NCBI GenBank assembly: GCA_025201805.1
Contig: MU619397.1
Coordinates: forward strand, 1-64,000
Source of the DNA: Parasitella parasitica NRRL 2501
Lineage: Eukaryota > Fungi > Mucoromycota
Direction: 5' to 3'
Length of the DNA stretch: 64,000 nt
Of this stretch, positions 15,019-29,900 are shown piece after piece; the first letter of the stretch is position 1, and every line of letters begins with the position of its first letter. The notes beneath the pieces are model-generated. The model did no database searches. It was not told the origin of the DNA and was given only the letters and a program-made list of their open reading frames with translations. The position numbers and the translations under genes were made by a program.

Positions 15019-15649
15019 ATTGTCTGCAGTGAATTAAAACTATCTGTTGATGAACAAGATCTGTGTATATCGTGCTCAACGTCATATTCTTTAGGAACAG
15101 AACCGTTCGTGACAAAATAATATGAAAAGCCTCAAGGCACAGAAATAGAGGCTGTGAGATGACGAGACAAACGGGAGGCAAGTTGTGTAATTTTGCCAGT
15201 TGGTGGCCAATACGCCATAAATAGGAGTGCGAGTTTTCCCATTCATTTGTTTAGTAGGATCAGTAAACTTTTACACCCAAAGCAATCAAAAAGAGCCCAC
15301 GAGTGGCAGCAAAGATGAGACAAATGAGGATAGACCCAACCACATACGGTACACCTCTTCAACAGTCCAAATCAGCAGCTCTTGGTAAAATACCGAGGCT
15401 TTCTTCTTTGCTGGTTCTCTCATGTTTTATGTTTGATTTTTATCCATAGAACCGGCACTTCTTTCCTGGAAGAATGATTTTTTTTGGAGGAGTAGTTTAG
15501 CTAGAAGGCTTTATTATCGTACAATGTCAAGAGGTTAGGAAAAAAAAAAAAGAGAAATACAGGCATAAAAATGTGGTATATGTAGAGAGGACGATTACGT
15601 AAACTTTCGAAATTAGTATGTGTAAATTTGCAAGAACTTGTTGGTGCGA

Positions 15650-18600
15650 TTAATCTGTACCCAAGAGCTTGACGACTGTATCATTGACATCCCAACCCAA
15701 CTTATCAAGCAAGGTGAACGCGTCATTCAAGGTACATCTTTCGTAATCAGCAACGTATCTTGCCTTTTTGTCCCTCACAAATCGATCTAAATGGTCTCGC
15801 CATTCTTCATCCACCTTTATCATCAATTGGTCTCGCTTCTTTGGATCTGTAATCTTGGTTTGGAAACTGAATCCAGCAGCAATAGGGCGATGGTCAGAGC
15901 AGCGAGCTTCATAGCGACGATAATAAAGATTCTGAATACGGTTTCCTTTAAAGAGTACACGATCACACCATGCTGGTACGCGTTTCTTTTCTGATCGGTC
16001 ATAAAAGTCAGTTCCTGGATCATATTTGTATGTCGGATCAAAGTGAATAGGGGCTTCTTCGAATGTCAATAGTTTGAATAACGGATTATTAATTTTCTGG
16101 CGTAATAGCTGGTCTTGTTGCTGCAATTTATCCCAAGACCCAAGCTTATCAGAGCTTGTCAGGGCTTTAAGAACATCGTTGCGGTTCATTTTGATACGAT
16201 AATTAAGGTCGCCGCTCAGGAAGCAAAATTCATGATCGAGTATCATGGAGCCATCGCCGCCATGGCTAAAGACGTCGGCATATTCATGACGGAGAAAACT
16301 AGCACTTTGCAGTATTCCCTCAGCATCAGCATTTCTTTGTTGAACATGAGATTGACCAGCAGCTAAATGACAATTGACAAAACACAGCGAAGAGTGGTCA
16401 TACACAAATCGAATCGCAATACCACCTTTATTACCGTGAATGCTCTTGTTCATTACTTTGAGACCAGTCTTGACCGAGGTTGAGTCCACATCGAAAACAC
16501 GATCAACATCAGTGGTGCGGACAAAAATACAGCTGAATAACCCTACTAATTGATCTGTTTTGATGACTGTATAGCTGTGCGGCCCGTAATTTTCCCCAAT
16601 AATTTTAACCAAGTAATCATGCCACAGCTTGTATCTGTGTGTCAGTACATCCTCTGTTTCGTGAGGGTCTACCTTTTTCTTGAAAAATAGGGATCCTGAA
16701 ACACAAAGCATCAGCTTGTTTTCTCTCTCTCTGTCTCTCGCTCTAAATTACCATATTACTTACGAGCAGTTTGTTTTTTTGATTCCAAATCTACAATCTC
16801 TTGAATACCAACGACAATGATATCGGGGTCTTCCATAGTACCCAGCCATTCACGCACCGCTTTATCGTCCTCACCAAATATCTTTTCCGGCTTATTGGCA
16901 TCAATATTCCACGAGCAAATCATGACACGAGCGTCATCATAAGTACAGTATTCAGAGGCTCTCTTTTGTAAATGATCATCTAAGGCCATCAAGCTTGGGT
17001 TATGTATACAGCTCAATCACAATGCACGTCCTCACTTACCCTTCCAATGCTCCGTCAATAAACCATCCCAAACACCCACAAACCCATTGGAATCGCTGCT
17101 GACAACCTGCAGACGCCCTCTATTTTCATCCAAGAGTAAGCTTGATTCATCCACCACCAAATGAGTTACAGCGCCCGTGTGCGCCTTCCATATCTTGAGC
17201 ACCGCCCATTTTTCAGGCCTAGTATCGTAAACGTAAATCATGCCCGTGTTGTAACCCGCCCAAACATGATATTCGCCGACACTTGCCATTGTACAAATGC
17301 CGTACATGGATACTGTGATAACTTGCAATCGCTCCACAGTACTGGCATCCCACATGCTGATTTTACCGTCATCATGAGAAGCAAATATGCGATAGGGATG
17401 ATAGGGAATTGTGATTAGCTTGGTAATATTACCCATATCATTTGGAATTCGGATAGGGGACTGTGATTTTGTATCGTTGGATCCAACCTGAGAGCCAGCG
17501 ACTGGAATAGTGTGAGCTGATAAAGTCCTTCCCGAGGACATCCATAGTTTTGAACCATAAATTACAGCAGCCACTGCATGTGAAGTGACATGGTATCGTC
17601 GTGGCATCGCTGTGAGCAGAGGGTTTTGCTGACTATAGTAGTCGGCTGAAACCACATCCCAAACGTTCAAAACGCCGCCATCATCAATAGACCAAATCTC
17701 AGAGTTCCCATAGCGTAACAGAAACAAAATCGGCGCCATGTGTACATCGTTACGCTTACCAAGAACCTTATGACCACCAGCCCTTACATCGACTACCGCC
17801 AACATGGTATCTTGCCTTGCAACCCATACATAACGGCCTTCATCCACAGGGACTCGACACGGCGCAACTACGATTGCCCGAAATCGGTCATTGTTTTCTC
17901 CTGCATTATTTTGAGTTGTATTGCTGTTGGTATCCATGACGACGGTACTGATAACTGATCCAGTCTGTGCGTCCCACGTACGAAGCAATCCCGAACCAGT
18001 AAAGATAAGGCTTCTGCTTGCTGCAAGTGCATTCAACGGTGCTTTATGGCCTGTTGAGAAGGGCTTTTCCAATATGATCAAAGGTGCGTTTCGAGTAGCT
18101 CTGGAGAAATCAGGATAGATGGAGCTAGTCATTAACATTTCGCTTCGAGACATGGCCCGCTTGTTGACTGACACTGTATTGGCTCGCTTCAATCCATTGC
18201 GGTTCTCTTCATCGTCATGATCGCTAAACGAGGAGGGTGGGTCAGAGTAGGTTGAGCTAGGGGACATGCTCTTTAAATGGGGAGAATGTGATGCATTGGC
18301 AATTGTATGTGCTCTTGCTAGTGTTGATTGTGAAGGTCGAGGAGGGAGCTGAGGCATTAAAGGACTAGTTCCTCCTACTGGACGAGGTGGTAGTATGGGT
18401 GGCGATACGACAGGGCGGTCACTTGGTGGAGAAACATTCTGCACAGAACGGATGGGTATACTGACTACTGCTGGCGGCGCTGGTGGATGATGGACGATAG
18501 GAGCTGCCGTTGCTGGAGCTGCCGTTGTTGACGGAATAGTTCCGCGAGCTGCACTGTGATACTTTTTGCTCGGAGGCGGAGGAGGGGGCGGCTTCTTGGT

Positions 18601-19338
18601 CAAAGATTTCGCAGGAGACACGACTGATGCTACGTCTCTGCCCTGATTCATCTCTGCAGCAGAAGGTAGCTCGTGGCTTCGAACACCTGGAGCTCCAATG
18701 AACGGCGGTTCTTCTAATTTTGTGTATTTCAGATGTGCTTTGTGAACTTGCTCGATCAAATTGTTGTCTCCTTCACCGCTGCTCGTCGAGTTTTCGTGGG
18801 GTGGCATGTCTATCTGATCCTCCATTTCAGCCTCTTCTATATCGCTGTCTACATCACTAAATTCATCATCTTGAATATCATGTGAAAATGGATCATTATC
18901 AAAACTAGATGCCGAATGAACTATAGGGGATTGAGACTCTGCTAAAGCAATTGACGGTGGTGGTAGTGGGGGCGCCTTCTTGAGGATGGGTTTCGGTGCA
19001 GCAGTCAGCACTGGTGCGACTAGTGGTGATGCAGAAGGTGGAGGTGGAGGTGGAGAAGACGCTCTTGACGACGCATTCGAGAAATTTCCGGGTGTCACGT
19101 CAAGCTTTTGCTTTTCAAATTGTTGCGTTAATAGTGACACTTTCCTGGCAGCTTCCTCTGCGGCTTTCACTTGGTCATCTTCGGCATGCGCTTTATGCAA
19201 TAAAGCTGCAGTCGGTTTAGGTGGAATTGGAGGCGTTGGTGATACAACTTGGGTAGGGATTTGTGGCTGTTCCTGCTTTACTTGTTGCGCCCACTTGCTT
19301 TTCAAAGCTTGAAAAGATTGCTGCTCGTCTTTGTCCAT
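15650..19338 (-). CDS. Inositol polyphosphate 5-phosphatase with Pro-rich N-terminus and WD40-like region
   Basis: CSWNIDA, VGIQEIVDL, GNKGGIAIRF, VNCHLAAGQ, SGDLNYRI, PTYKYD and PAWCDRVL; 3 exons. Confidence 0.93.
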
Positions 19339-19725
19339 TGATGTTGTTGTTGTGTCTAAATCAGGAAAAAAAAAAAAAGAAAAAAAGAAAGCACAAAGTC
19401 TAAAGTGGTGTGGATAAAAAAAGTTCACACTAAAATTAAGTCAAATGCAAAGTCTATGTCTATGTCATCTCTTTGTCAAAAAAGATGTTGTACAACTCTT
19501 CAGTGATAGGCCAAGAGCCTGCAACATTTGATTTTACGTTTCGACGACAAACCAGTAGACAAGGATCTTTACAGCAGTGTGGTCTTTTTGGATGACACAA
19601 CCGAGCAGCTGTCGCAAGGCTCGACATTTACGTGGAAAAACACAATGAGCACAACGCAGGTGTCCATTTAGGAAAAGGTTTCACAGCGACTGCCGGGTGT
19701 GATTGATACAACATATACAGTTATT

Positions 19726-21610
19726 TTATTCAAGCTTAATCTGATCCATAATGTCTTTTAAAACCAAGGGGTATTTTGTATGGCCATCAACATCCACTTT
19801 GATGTTTTCAATTCGCTTACCCAAGCCAGACACAGCCTCTAGTCCTGCCACATTGGTTGCTAATGAATGCAATCTGTACACAAATGCCAATACCCAGTCA
19901 TTTGGCGTATAGCAGTTTACAAAGCGCCCTGACACCACGTTAGCCGCGTTACGCCATTCCCAAGTCTCTTCAGTCGAAATGGGGGCTCCCATTAACACTA
20001 CGTTATCAACAAGCCCGTGCTTTCCTCTTTCATTTAGTTCCTGTAAGCAATTCCAAACAACTAAGCAACCGCAGCTATATGCAACCTATAGAATGCTGGA
20101 ACTTAGCATGTATAAAATGAGCCATTTCGTATGCATTTACAAGATTACATGGTCTGTTTCCCTGCACCCTTTCTTCCAAGACATCAGCAAGCACTACAAG
20201 TACATTGAGTCATTTAGTTGTGTAGACCCTGCCCACATGGCCTTTTGCAATCCATCTTACCGATGCCCGCTTTCCTTGACCGGTCTACTGCCATTTGCCA
20301 AGGGTTGTCAATAACATCAGCGATTTTTAGAATAGTCGCGGGTAGAGCAACAGCAGCTATATATTGTGTAAGCACATGATATAGTAATCGACCCAAAGCC
20401 CACTTACCAAAGAATGCATGGAGTACAGTTGCTTTGGCGACCTCCATTCCCGCATAATTGACAGCAGTGTCTTTCACAAACCTTCTAAATGCATAACCAA
20501 GCTGCAGCAGAGTCTCTGTTTCGTACTCTAAGCAAAATATGTCTGTATGATTTCGTTTACCCTCAAACGTACGCTCCCAAGGTGTCTACGTTTAACGTGT
20601 CAATGTTGTGTTGTGCCATACGCTTGTCACACTAATCTTTATTTTACCCTTGCTTCTTCTTTTCCACCCAGCAGGAATCCAGACATGCAAATTGTGCAAC
20701 GAAGAGCAGGAACAGGAGGCAAATCCGGGTCGTTCAGTATCTGCTTGAACTCAAATTCCTCAATGCCCTTCATGCGTTTGTGCATCTTCCACCCTGCCAA
20801 ACCACCGCCTGTCAATCCAAACAAGCTTGTCACCAAAGCTACGCCTCCTGCTGTTGCAAAGAACGTCGCTCCCGTAACACCTACTAGCAACGGCGCTAAT
20901 AACGGAGCCGCAAGTCCTCCTGTTAAAGCTATATGCAGAGTGGTTTAATGCTTGAGAGCGTTTCCACAAGCCATGAGCCTCTTACCAATAACTGCACCGC
21001 CACCAATGATACCAGCACCGGTGGCTATCCACCGAAATGCCTGCTTCTTTTTGTTTGCATCTTGTATGGCTTTTCGCGCCGATAAATCCATGTTTTGCTG
21101 CGTATTGGGACCTTGATTTTGCTGCTTATTTTCCTGCTGCTCCAGCATCCCATAATACATTTGCTGTGCTACACTTTTTTCGACAGATACTAAATCGCCC
21201 ATGTGAAGATTCAATGCATGTTCCAGCTCCAACAGAAATCGCCTCGATCGAGCGTCGTAGAGCATAACATGCTTTGCTTTGCTCTTTTTGGCATCTTCCT
21301 TCATCGCATTAGGCGTAACATGCAGTGCCAAAGCTAGCAAATCCACCATAACTTTGATGCGAATGTCTCGTGTCTCACCACTCAGCAGCTCCACAGCTTG
21401 TTGGTATGTGATGTAGCGACGTTCAAGTTCCTGCTGAGTCACGTCAAGGTATTTGATTACATCGTCCCACCATTGACTCGACCAAGGCTCGCCTAACAAG
21501 GGTGCGACCTGCGTCAGCGATTGGGCTGCAACGCGAGCAACTGCAATTCGCTGGTCATGATTCCATTCGACGACTGACAGTTTGATGATTGATTCCTCTG
21601 CCATGTCCAT
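19726..21610 (-). CDS. DUF726/TMCO4-like (Mil1-like) alpha/beta-hydrolase-fold membrane protein
   Basis: YDARSR, LFGLTGGGLAGWKM, IDNPW..AVDRS, LMGAP..VVSGRFVNCY..NDWVLAFVYR and VAGL..GHTKY. Confidence 0.88.
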
Positions 21611-21965
21611 TTCAAAAGAAAGAAAGAGCAAGTTGTGTCTTTTGGCAGCAGATGGCTTTTTGAGATCCAGATGCTAATCGATCCAGTTCCGGGCGTAAAA
21701 GATATCAGTGACAATAATAGGTTTACAAGCTGAAACCACTAAAACCACGCTATATGCGGTATATACTATAATCCAGGTGATAATGACAAATGACGATTCC
21801 CTGTCTATTCTCTTTTTTTTATAAATAATATATATAAATTCCAACACAGAGGTTTTGTAGTAATATAGCCAGAGCACGGAGATGGATTGCACCCTACGAG
21901 TAAAAAAAAAAAAAAAAAAAAAAAATTTGTACACACGTTATTGTAATTCTCTTCTTTCTGCAAAT

Positions 21966-23369
21966 ATGAATAAAATGACTGTATCAAACAACAACCATGG
22001 CCTCCAGCGCCAAGACCAGCTTCCATCTATAGCCACAATCCGCCATAGCCATAACAGTGCAACCGACGGCAATGCGACAAAATCAAACCACCATCACCAC
22101 AGCAGATTACTGTACTTTTTAACCGACCCTTCTTCTTCTTTCTCAAAGCTCAACTACACACAGTTCCAGCCTTCACAACCACAACTACAGCCCTCGTTAC
22201 TGCCTATAGCCTCACCTACGTTTATACCTTTCCCCTCTTCCCCGAGCACAACACCCCGACTTTACAGTATACAAAATGACCCTATTGGCATACATAGGCC
22301 CTCCAAGCCAAATGCCATCCTGCCGATTTTACCACCTCCACAGCCTACATCTCAACCAATTGCGGTTGCAGCTGTGGACGATTGCTGTAACGAATGCTGT
22401 CCTGTTATTGCAGCGGAGGCGAACGCAGGTGTAAACGACTTGTCAGATCAAAACCTAACCTTACCATCAATCAAGAAACGTAAACGAGACGACGAGCAAT
22501 CTAAAGATAATGCGGCAGTGGAGAAAGCAAAGGAGCGGCCGACACAATGTAGATGGTCCAGCTGCGCAGCTAGTTTTGACACAGTTGAAGATCTGACTCC
22601 ACATTTATTCAACAGCCATCTAAATAAGCAGCCTTTAAGGGATTGTTATTGGGGATCCTGCGGGCAGCAATTCCTGGATGGGGACACTAGCATCTTGGAC
22701 CATCTCAGCAGTCAACACCTACACAGTGCCTTGTTATTGCATGCTTGTCGATGGGTCAATTGCCAAGAGCGATTCTCAGCATTTGACACACTCACTGTTC
22801 ATCTGTCTCGGGTCCATGTAGGTTCTGGCAAAAGCGAGTACAAATGCCAGTGGACAGCTTGTGAGCGAAACGGCAAGGCTTTTACGCAAAGACAAAAGAT
22901 AATGCGGCATATTCAAACGCACACAGGAGCTAAACCATACCAATGCCATACTTGTAAGCGCAGATTTTCAGAGTCGAATATGGTGGTCCAGCACATGAGA
23001 ATACACACAGGAGAGAGGCCTTTCAAATGCGATCAATGCCCCAAGGAATTTTCGGTTTCCGCAGCCCTGACGATACATAAGAGGGTCCATACAGGCGAAA
23101 AGCCATTGGCGTGTAGATATACTGGCTGTTCAAAGAGGTTCTCAGAAAGCAGCAATTTAACCAAGCATGTAATGTACTTTAAACAGCAGTTGCAAATCAT
23201 GTTTATTAATTTTTTTCTTGTTTTTTTTTGCGATGAATGATATATGTAGATGCGGGTTCATACAGGCGAAAGACCCTTCAAATGTACAGTGAAACCATGC
23301 GAAAAAGCTTTCTCAAGACCTGATCAAGTTACACGCCATTTGAAAACCCACGCTAAAGATGTCTGCTAA
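21966..23369 (+). CDS. C2H2 zinc-finger transcription factor, Zap1/ZafA-like
   Basis: Trp-containing fingers (CRWSSC, CYWGSC, CRWVNC), then [32 protein letters not shown] and further TGE-linked fingers. One intron precedes the last finger; the CDS ends GTC TGC TAA at 23369. Confidence 0.88.
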
Positions 23370-24294
23370 GAAGTAGCAGCAGCAGACGATGAACGGGCAA
23401 TTAATTTGGATAGAATTAGATAGACAAACACTACCAGCACAAATACCCAACGTTTCCCTTGACTGACAGTGCGAGCAATAGGGTGCTTTTGCTGTGCATG
23501 GCCTGTCTGTTGCTGCTGCTGCTGCTGCTGCTGTGCCTGTAGGTTTTGCTGTTGAAAACGTTGCTCATGTGTATCATCGCTTTTACTCTGTGTTCGTTTT
23601 ATTAAACCGCTGTTGGCTGCTGATTTAACTTGACTGCAATTGATTGTGCATAGCTCTGGAAAAACGTCTTTTTTTTTCATACAATGTGTTAGTTTCAGAC
23701 TGATACATCCATATATTATACCTCGCAATACCTCTAAACTTTTGATTTTTGATATTCCACAAGTGAGATCTTGCGGCATGCATTTTCTTTTCATGGTCGC
23801 TCGTCTTTATACTGCCAGTAGTTGCTTCATCAGCGACCATAAAACTCAACAAGCCGTTTAATATAGTAGAAATTGACCAACTTGGATTCCACGAACTAGG
23901 GTGAAAATCACTCATACTTAGACAGAGTCGAGTATCTGGCTGGAATCGTCCTGAAGGTGTAGTCATACGAATAGCTGGTGGTTTGAAAGGATATTCAGCA
24001 GGAAACGTAATTCTGCCGTAGTATTCTCCTCCATCGTAAGGTGTTTCTGGTGGTCCTGTAATTACATAATGCCTATAGATGTCTGTTAATTTTCGAGCGT
24101 CTTGCAGAGACAATAGGTATTACCAGTCTAGAATATTGCTCTCCAAAGGTTTGGCAGTAATGTAAGGAGGGGGACTAGTTGATATAATCAAGATTTGTCA
24201 TGTAATGTTGGTTGATGGCAAAACCAAAAACTTACTTTTTCTGTATAGCCATGTATTCTTTAGTTAAACGCTTGTAAGCACCCTTTGTAGCCAT
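23366..24294 (-). CDS. UBC6: ER tail-anchored ubiquitin-conjugating enzyme E2 J2/Ubc6
   Basis: [56 protein letters not shown], a poly-Q tract and a C-terminal TM helix. Confidence 0.95.
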
Positions 24295-24460
24295 CTTGCA
24301 ATTGCACTTTGTTAAGAAATATAGAATAAGAAGAAAGAAGAAGATGAAGAAGAAGAAAAAAAAAGGGAGACCCAACTTTTGTTGCTCAATCACGTGCAAA
24401 GCGATGGGTTCGGTTCAATTGGCCTGATTCCATTCGAAAGAAATAGTAGAGTGTTTATTA

Positions 24461-25516
24461 TTAACGTTTAACATTAGGGCAGCGTTTCTTTATCCAAGCA
24501 ACGTAGTATTCAGCAACCTGCTGTCTTTGAGGCATCGTCTCATTGTGCAATTCATGATACAATCCAGTCCAGTTCTTTAATTCTTTATCTTGACTACTGG
24601 TGATTTCGAAAGCACTCTTGCAGCCTTTGTATGAATTGATCGGATCCGAATCAGCATGCGAATACAAAATGGGCGTGTTGACAGCTTTAGCTTTGGCCAA
24701 AAGATCAGTTCCAGCGTCAATGAAGCTTCGCAATGTAGCTAGTGTAGCAAAATCATGGACCAATGGGTCATCGAGGTACTTTTGCACTTCCTCTTTGTCA
24801 TGAGACATACCAGCAGAATCCACGCCAGCTTGGATAGTCATGCTAGGTACAATAGCAGCTAAAGCGCGGATTGTATAATACTTTACGGCAGGTATTTGCA
24901 TTGACAATGTGACAAGCGGTGCAGATGCAATAGCGCCAGTCAACAAATCTACTCCCGTATAGATATCACCTCTAGCAAGGTAGTTGAGAATAAGACCGCC
25001 ACCCTATTAACTGCGTCAAATGTTGCCTTTCATACTTAAAAATTCACAATCAAATGTATTACCATGCTATGGCCCATCAGGAAGAGAGGGATGTCTTGGC
25101 GTTTATGCTTTAGCACAGCATTGTCAATGTCTTTTAGAGCCGTGTCGTAGCTATGCGTGCGCAGCGTCAGCATCTAATTTACAAGTGACAAATCTTTCTT
25201 TACCCCTGGTTGTTGCCAAACTGAGAGGTCTTTTTTCCTGTCTCTCCCCATCCACGTTGGTCGTAGCCATGACATTCAATGCCCTGAGTCGCAAAGAATG
25301 AAAATAGCCGGTCGTATCTGCCAATATGTTCTCCAAAGCCATGAATCATTCTAGGATGCAAGAGCGTGAGTTATGACGACGACAGCAAAGCATTAAACTT
25401 GTTTACACTAGATTAGCAATGGGAGCGGCGGTGGTCTTCCATGTCTTGGTATAGATTTCGTTTTTATCAGCGGTCTGGATCCACTCGTTTACAACTGTAA
25501 CAACACCACCAGACAT
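24461..25516 (-). CDS. Monoglyceride lipase/lysophospholipase (Yju3-like alpha/beta hydrolase)
   Basis: HGFGEHIGRY, DQRGWG, LMGHSM-GG nucleophile elbow split by an intron, HADSDPI and YHELHNE. Confidence 0.9.
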
Positions 25517-26988
25517 TTTCTTTCTTGTATAAAAAGGGCGGAAAAGAAAAAAGCAAACAGCATATGATCATACAAAGGTTTGGGTTACACCTTTTTTTTT
25601 TTTTTTATTAAACACCAACAAGTGACGACATTGATGGGTTATGTACAAACTACACTGATACGACGAGGTATACCGTAGCATTTGACAACATGTAAAATCA
25701 CTTGAATTGTCTTTTGCGTCTTCCGTGGTTGGCAGCTTGTGTGCTCAATTCAACCTTTTTGATCCTTGAATTGAGCATTTGGAGGCGGGGGTATGGTATG
25801 TTGTTACAATTTTGAATGGTGTCGGATGCTTCAATAAAATGCCCTCCATTTTGATCCAACAAAATTAGGGCCATACTATGACAGTTGTCAGGAATATAAA
25901 AAACAAAGTTTGTATAAAGTATAAAGTATAAAGTATATATATATATATATATATATAATCATGTCTGCTATACACTTCTTTCATGCTATTATGTGCTTCT
26001 TCGAACCAGTGACCATTCAAGATGTCAGCAACGAGTAAAGATTTATACCAGAATGCCATATTTACAAAAGTACCAAATGAAGGCCCAGACAAATAAGAGA
26101 GGTAAATGGATTTAGAAAGAAATGAAATGATGTCGAAAGTCAGTCGTTGGCATATAGTGTAATCAATAGTGCATTTTCATTCAACACTTTGCATGGGAAA
26201 TGATGGGGTTGCTCAAGATTCAGCAATATGTAGTAACCAAGACAACAATACTTTGACAACAGTTGAAATTTCAACATTTACTGGAGGACGTAGGACAAGG
26301 ACCGAGTGCCTCCACTAGTTTGTCTGCAAGACATGATATGAAATCATGTTTTAATAACAACATTGGGATATCATCAAAAGTCCAAAATTGAAAAAAAAGG
26401 TCAACAAGCATGATGGGCATTTTGGATGGATCAGTGCTTTTTTGTTTTTGTTTTGGTGAAAACCGGTAAATTTAGATGTGTTCCAAATACTACCTGACAA
26501 GTGACCAACTGATTGTTTTTCAAACATATATGAATCATATACTACCTATCATACGAATATGAGAAAAGAGTAGAATTATTCATTCAAAATGAGTTTATTG
26601 ACTACAATCTACGCTTGGAATAATGTTTGTAATAAAGATACAGTGCAAATAAGGACAGTTGATCTGTCAACGATACCTCGAGTCGATTTGTTTTGTTTGG
26701 TATGTGGTCAATTGTGGTCACTATTGGTACTTGAAGGCGTTGTGAAGATTTTCAAAAAGAAGTGATTATTCCCAATATTGATGTATATAGTGAATTCCTA
26801 TTAGAAATGCGTGTATAGTAATATCAAACTTTTCTGTTTCCTCATCATCCGTCATGTTATCAAGGTAACACAACAACAAACCGAGGCCATGATCCCCTTT
26901 TTTATAAAAGCTACTCTTCTGTACATGTAAAAGAACCTTTTTCTTTGTAGCTACTCCTTTTTTTTTATTTTTTGCATAAATACAACTC

Positions 26989-29900
26989 ATGCCGGAAGTG
27001 CGTGTCCAGCCAAGAAGCGTATATGAGCATCATATCAACATCCAAAAGGCAAAGACGACGCTCAGTTGGACATTTTCAACGAGAAAGAACAGTATTTACT
27101 TTGGTTTATACTACAGGCCTCGAACAGCCACTACGACAAACAACAGTACGCGCGCTTCGATGGAAGACGAGCACCTACAACAAGCAAATGCAAACAGCAT
27201 CAAAAAGAGAAACCTCTCGCTCCCGAAATTATCGCATTTACGCACATCGACCAAATCCAACAGTAGTATTAGTAATAATGCGGATGTTGAGGGACCGACA
27301 CCTACTACACCGACTGCCATCAACTACTATTCAGATAATGAGGACAACCATCATAGAAGGGCGCACAGCATGAAGTCAGCACCTTCGCTAAAAGAGGTGT
27401 CTAATGGCATTGCAAACACATCGCCACCTGGGAATTCTCGCAACCGAAGAAAATCATCATCTGCCATTTCTGTCATTAATCTATTGGATAATGACTTTGT
27501 GGAGCTGATACCTATTGATCAAGTGAACTCTTCAAAAGAGGTAATTGCAGGCTCCTATCTTGTCGAAGAGCCTGGAAACTACGTGCTGATATTTGGTAAT
27601 GTTTTTCTCTCAGACTGCGAGATACGATGTGTACTGACTGTTCAGGTAGACAACATGTTTTCAAGAAACACATCCAAATCTTTGACCTTCACTGTAACAA
27701 GCGACGAACCTATTGACGAAGGTTTGGATCTGGATAACAATATGCGTGGCTGGCTACTAAAAAAAAGGAGAAAACGAATGCAAGGCAAGTATTATAAACC
27801 AAGTTGTTGCTTTTTAAGGAGTGTTATAAAACTGTTTGAACGCCATAATATTAGGCTGGGCGAAGCGATGGTTTGAATTGTCGTCTACAGGCGTACTGTC
27901 TTATTCAGTTCGGGAGGGGGACATCAAACGCGGCTCACTCCAAATAATGCTAGCAACGATATCAATTGCGCCAAAGCAGCGCACGATCCACATTGATTCA
28001 GGCACAACAACGTTTCATTTAAGAGCGCTCACTGCTGATAGTTTTGACCAATGGCTAAACTGTATCCGAGCAAGACGGTCGGATACCTCGACTGACCATT
28101 GGAATGATAACGAAATCGCTGCAGGAACTCAGTCTGCAATCAGCCTGGTACCAGAGTTAATTTCTACGCAAGACGACACATTTGAGCGCAACCACCGAGC
28201 CTTTGCTGCTGCGCTGAATGATCTAGAATGTGAAATCAAGACTCTGACGCTCATTGCCAAAGAATTTAGTCACTTGCACAGCGATGCCATGCATGACTCA
28301 GTTGTAGCGCAGCAACAAATGTTAGCACCAGCACCACCAGCACCACCACTTTACTCAAATAACAGCAATGGAAGCAATAATAGCACAAAGATCATCCGGT
28401 TTCCCTTTATACGTGGTTCTTCGTCAAACAGTATACCAGAGGTGCACAAGCACACTTCAACCACATCTACGCACCTGGCTTGTCTAGACAAATTGAACAT
28501 GAGCATCCAAGCATTGATTGAGCAGCGGAACAGACTATCAACAGCGTACTACGACAACTACGAGAGCTGCTCCAACCGGCCAGTAAACCCACTCGAGATG
28601 CCTAGTAGAACAGGCACAGGCTTCCTATCCCACAGATCAGCCAGCTTCTACTCGTATAGTGCTCACTCGGATCAATTCTTTGATGCAGAGGACTTTTTGC
28701 TGAACGAAGACAATGAATCCACTTATGGTTCCATAGTCATTGACTCAGAAGACGAAGAGTATCATGAAAGGGGAGATGAACAGGGCATGACACAGGAATT
28801 ATCGAGCATTCAGCGCAGAACAAAACTACCGCATCCCGTTGCAGTTCGAAATATATCAGTGCTAGGGATTTTGCGAAAGAACATTGGCAAGGATTTGTCG
28901 ACAATATCCATGCCAATCAGCCTCAACGAGCCCATCAATCTGTTGCAACATCTGTGCGAGGAGTTGGAGTATACAGAACTACTAGACAAAGCTTCCACTC
29001 TTTCATCATCAATGGACCGCCTGATGTATGTTACGGCATTTGCTATATCAGGCTATGCGGCTACACAGTATCGTATAGGCCGCAAGCCTTTCAATCCTCT
29101 GATGAGTGAAACGTACGAATGCATTCGGCCTGATAGAGGGTTTCGCTTTATAGCTGAAAAAGTATCACATTATCCCAATGTGATGGCTGTGAGTGTCTAC
29201 ATGAGAACAGCTGTATTTGAGCGCTAATCACTTTCTTTATGTATATCTAGTGCTTTGCAGAATCCAAAACCTTTGCCTTTAGGCAAACATATCTGGGAAA
29301 AACGAAATTTTGGGGCAAGTCCATGGAGCTCATTACAGAGGGACAGAGCCATATATCAATCAAAGGACATCAAGACGAATATACGTATTCCAAGCCATCA
29401 AGCTGGTTGAGAAACCTGGTTACAGGAACAAAGTATCTAGAACACATTGGGGAAATGAAGGTGCAAAATCATGCTACTGGCGAGTATGCTGTTGTCACAT
29501 TCAAAGAGGCCGCTGCTGGATCTACCTCGTTCTTCTCATCCAATAACAATAATGCCATCCACCGCAACAACGTTGTTGCCAAGTTTTTCGACTGCCAAGG
29601 ATCTCTTATCAGAGAAGTTGAAGGTAAATGGAGCGATACTTTATCCGAGGTAGTGGGTCCTGATCAATACTCGGTCGTCTGGCGTTGCAAGCCTCCTGGA
29701 ATACCCGATTACGCAGATTACTACGGACTGACGTCGTTTGCCATGGAGCTCAACGAAATCACATTGCTTGAACAGGGCAAACTACCAATCACTGACACAA
29801 GATGTCGACCTGATCAACGGCTGTTTGAAAATGGTCAAGTGACAGAGGCTGAAGACGAAAAGGTGCGGATCGAGCATTTTCAAAGAGAGCGAAGAAAGCA

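Noticed and set aside
13490-15430. Possible minus-strand host gene with the PIN nuclease nested in an intron
   Set aside because: Only short exon-like pieces flank the gene, and I could not join them into a convincing frame.
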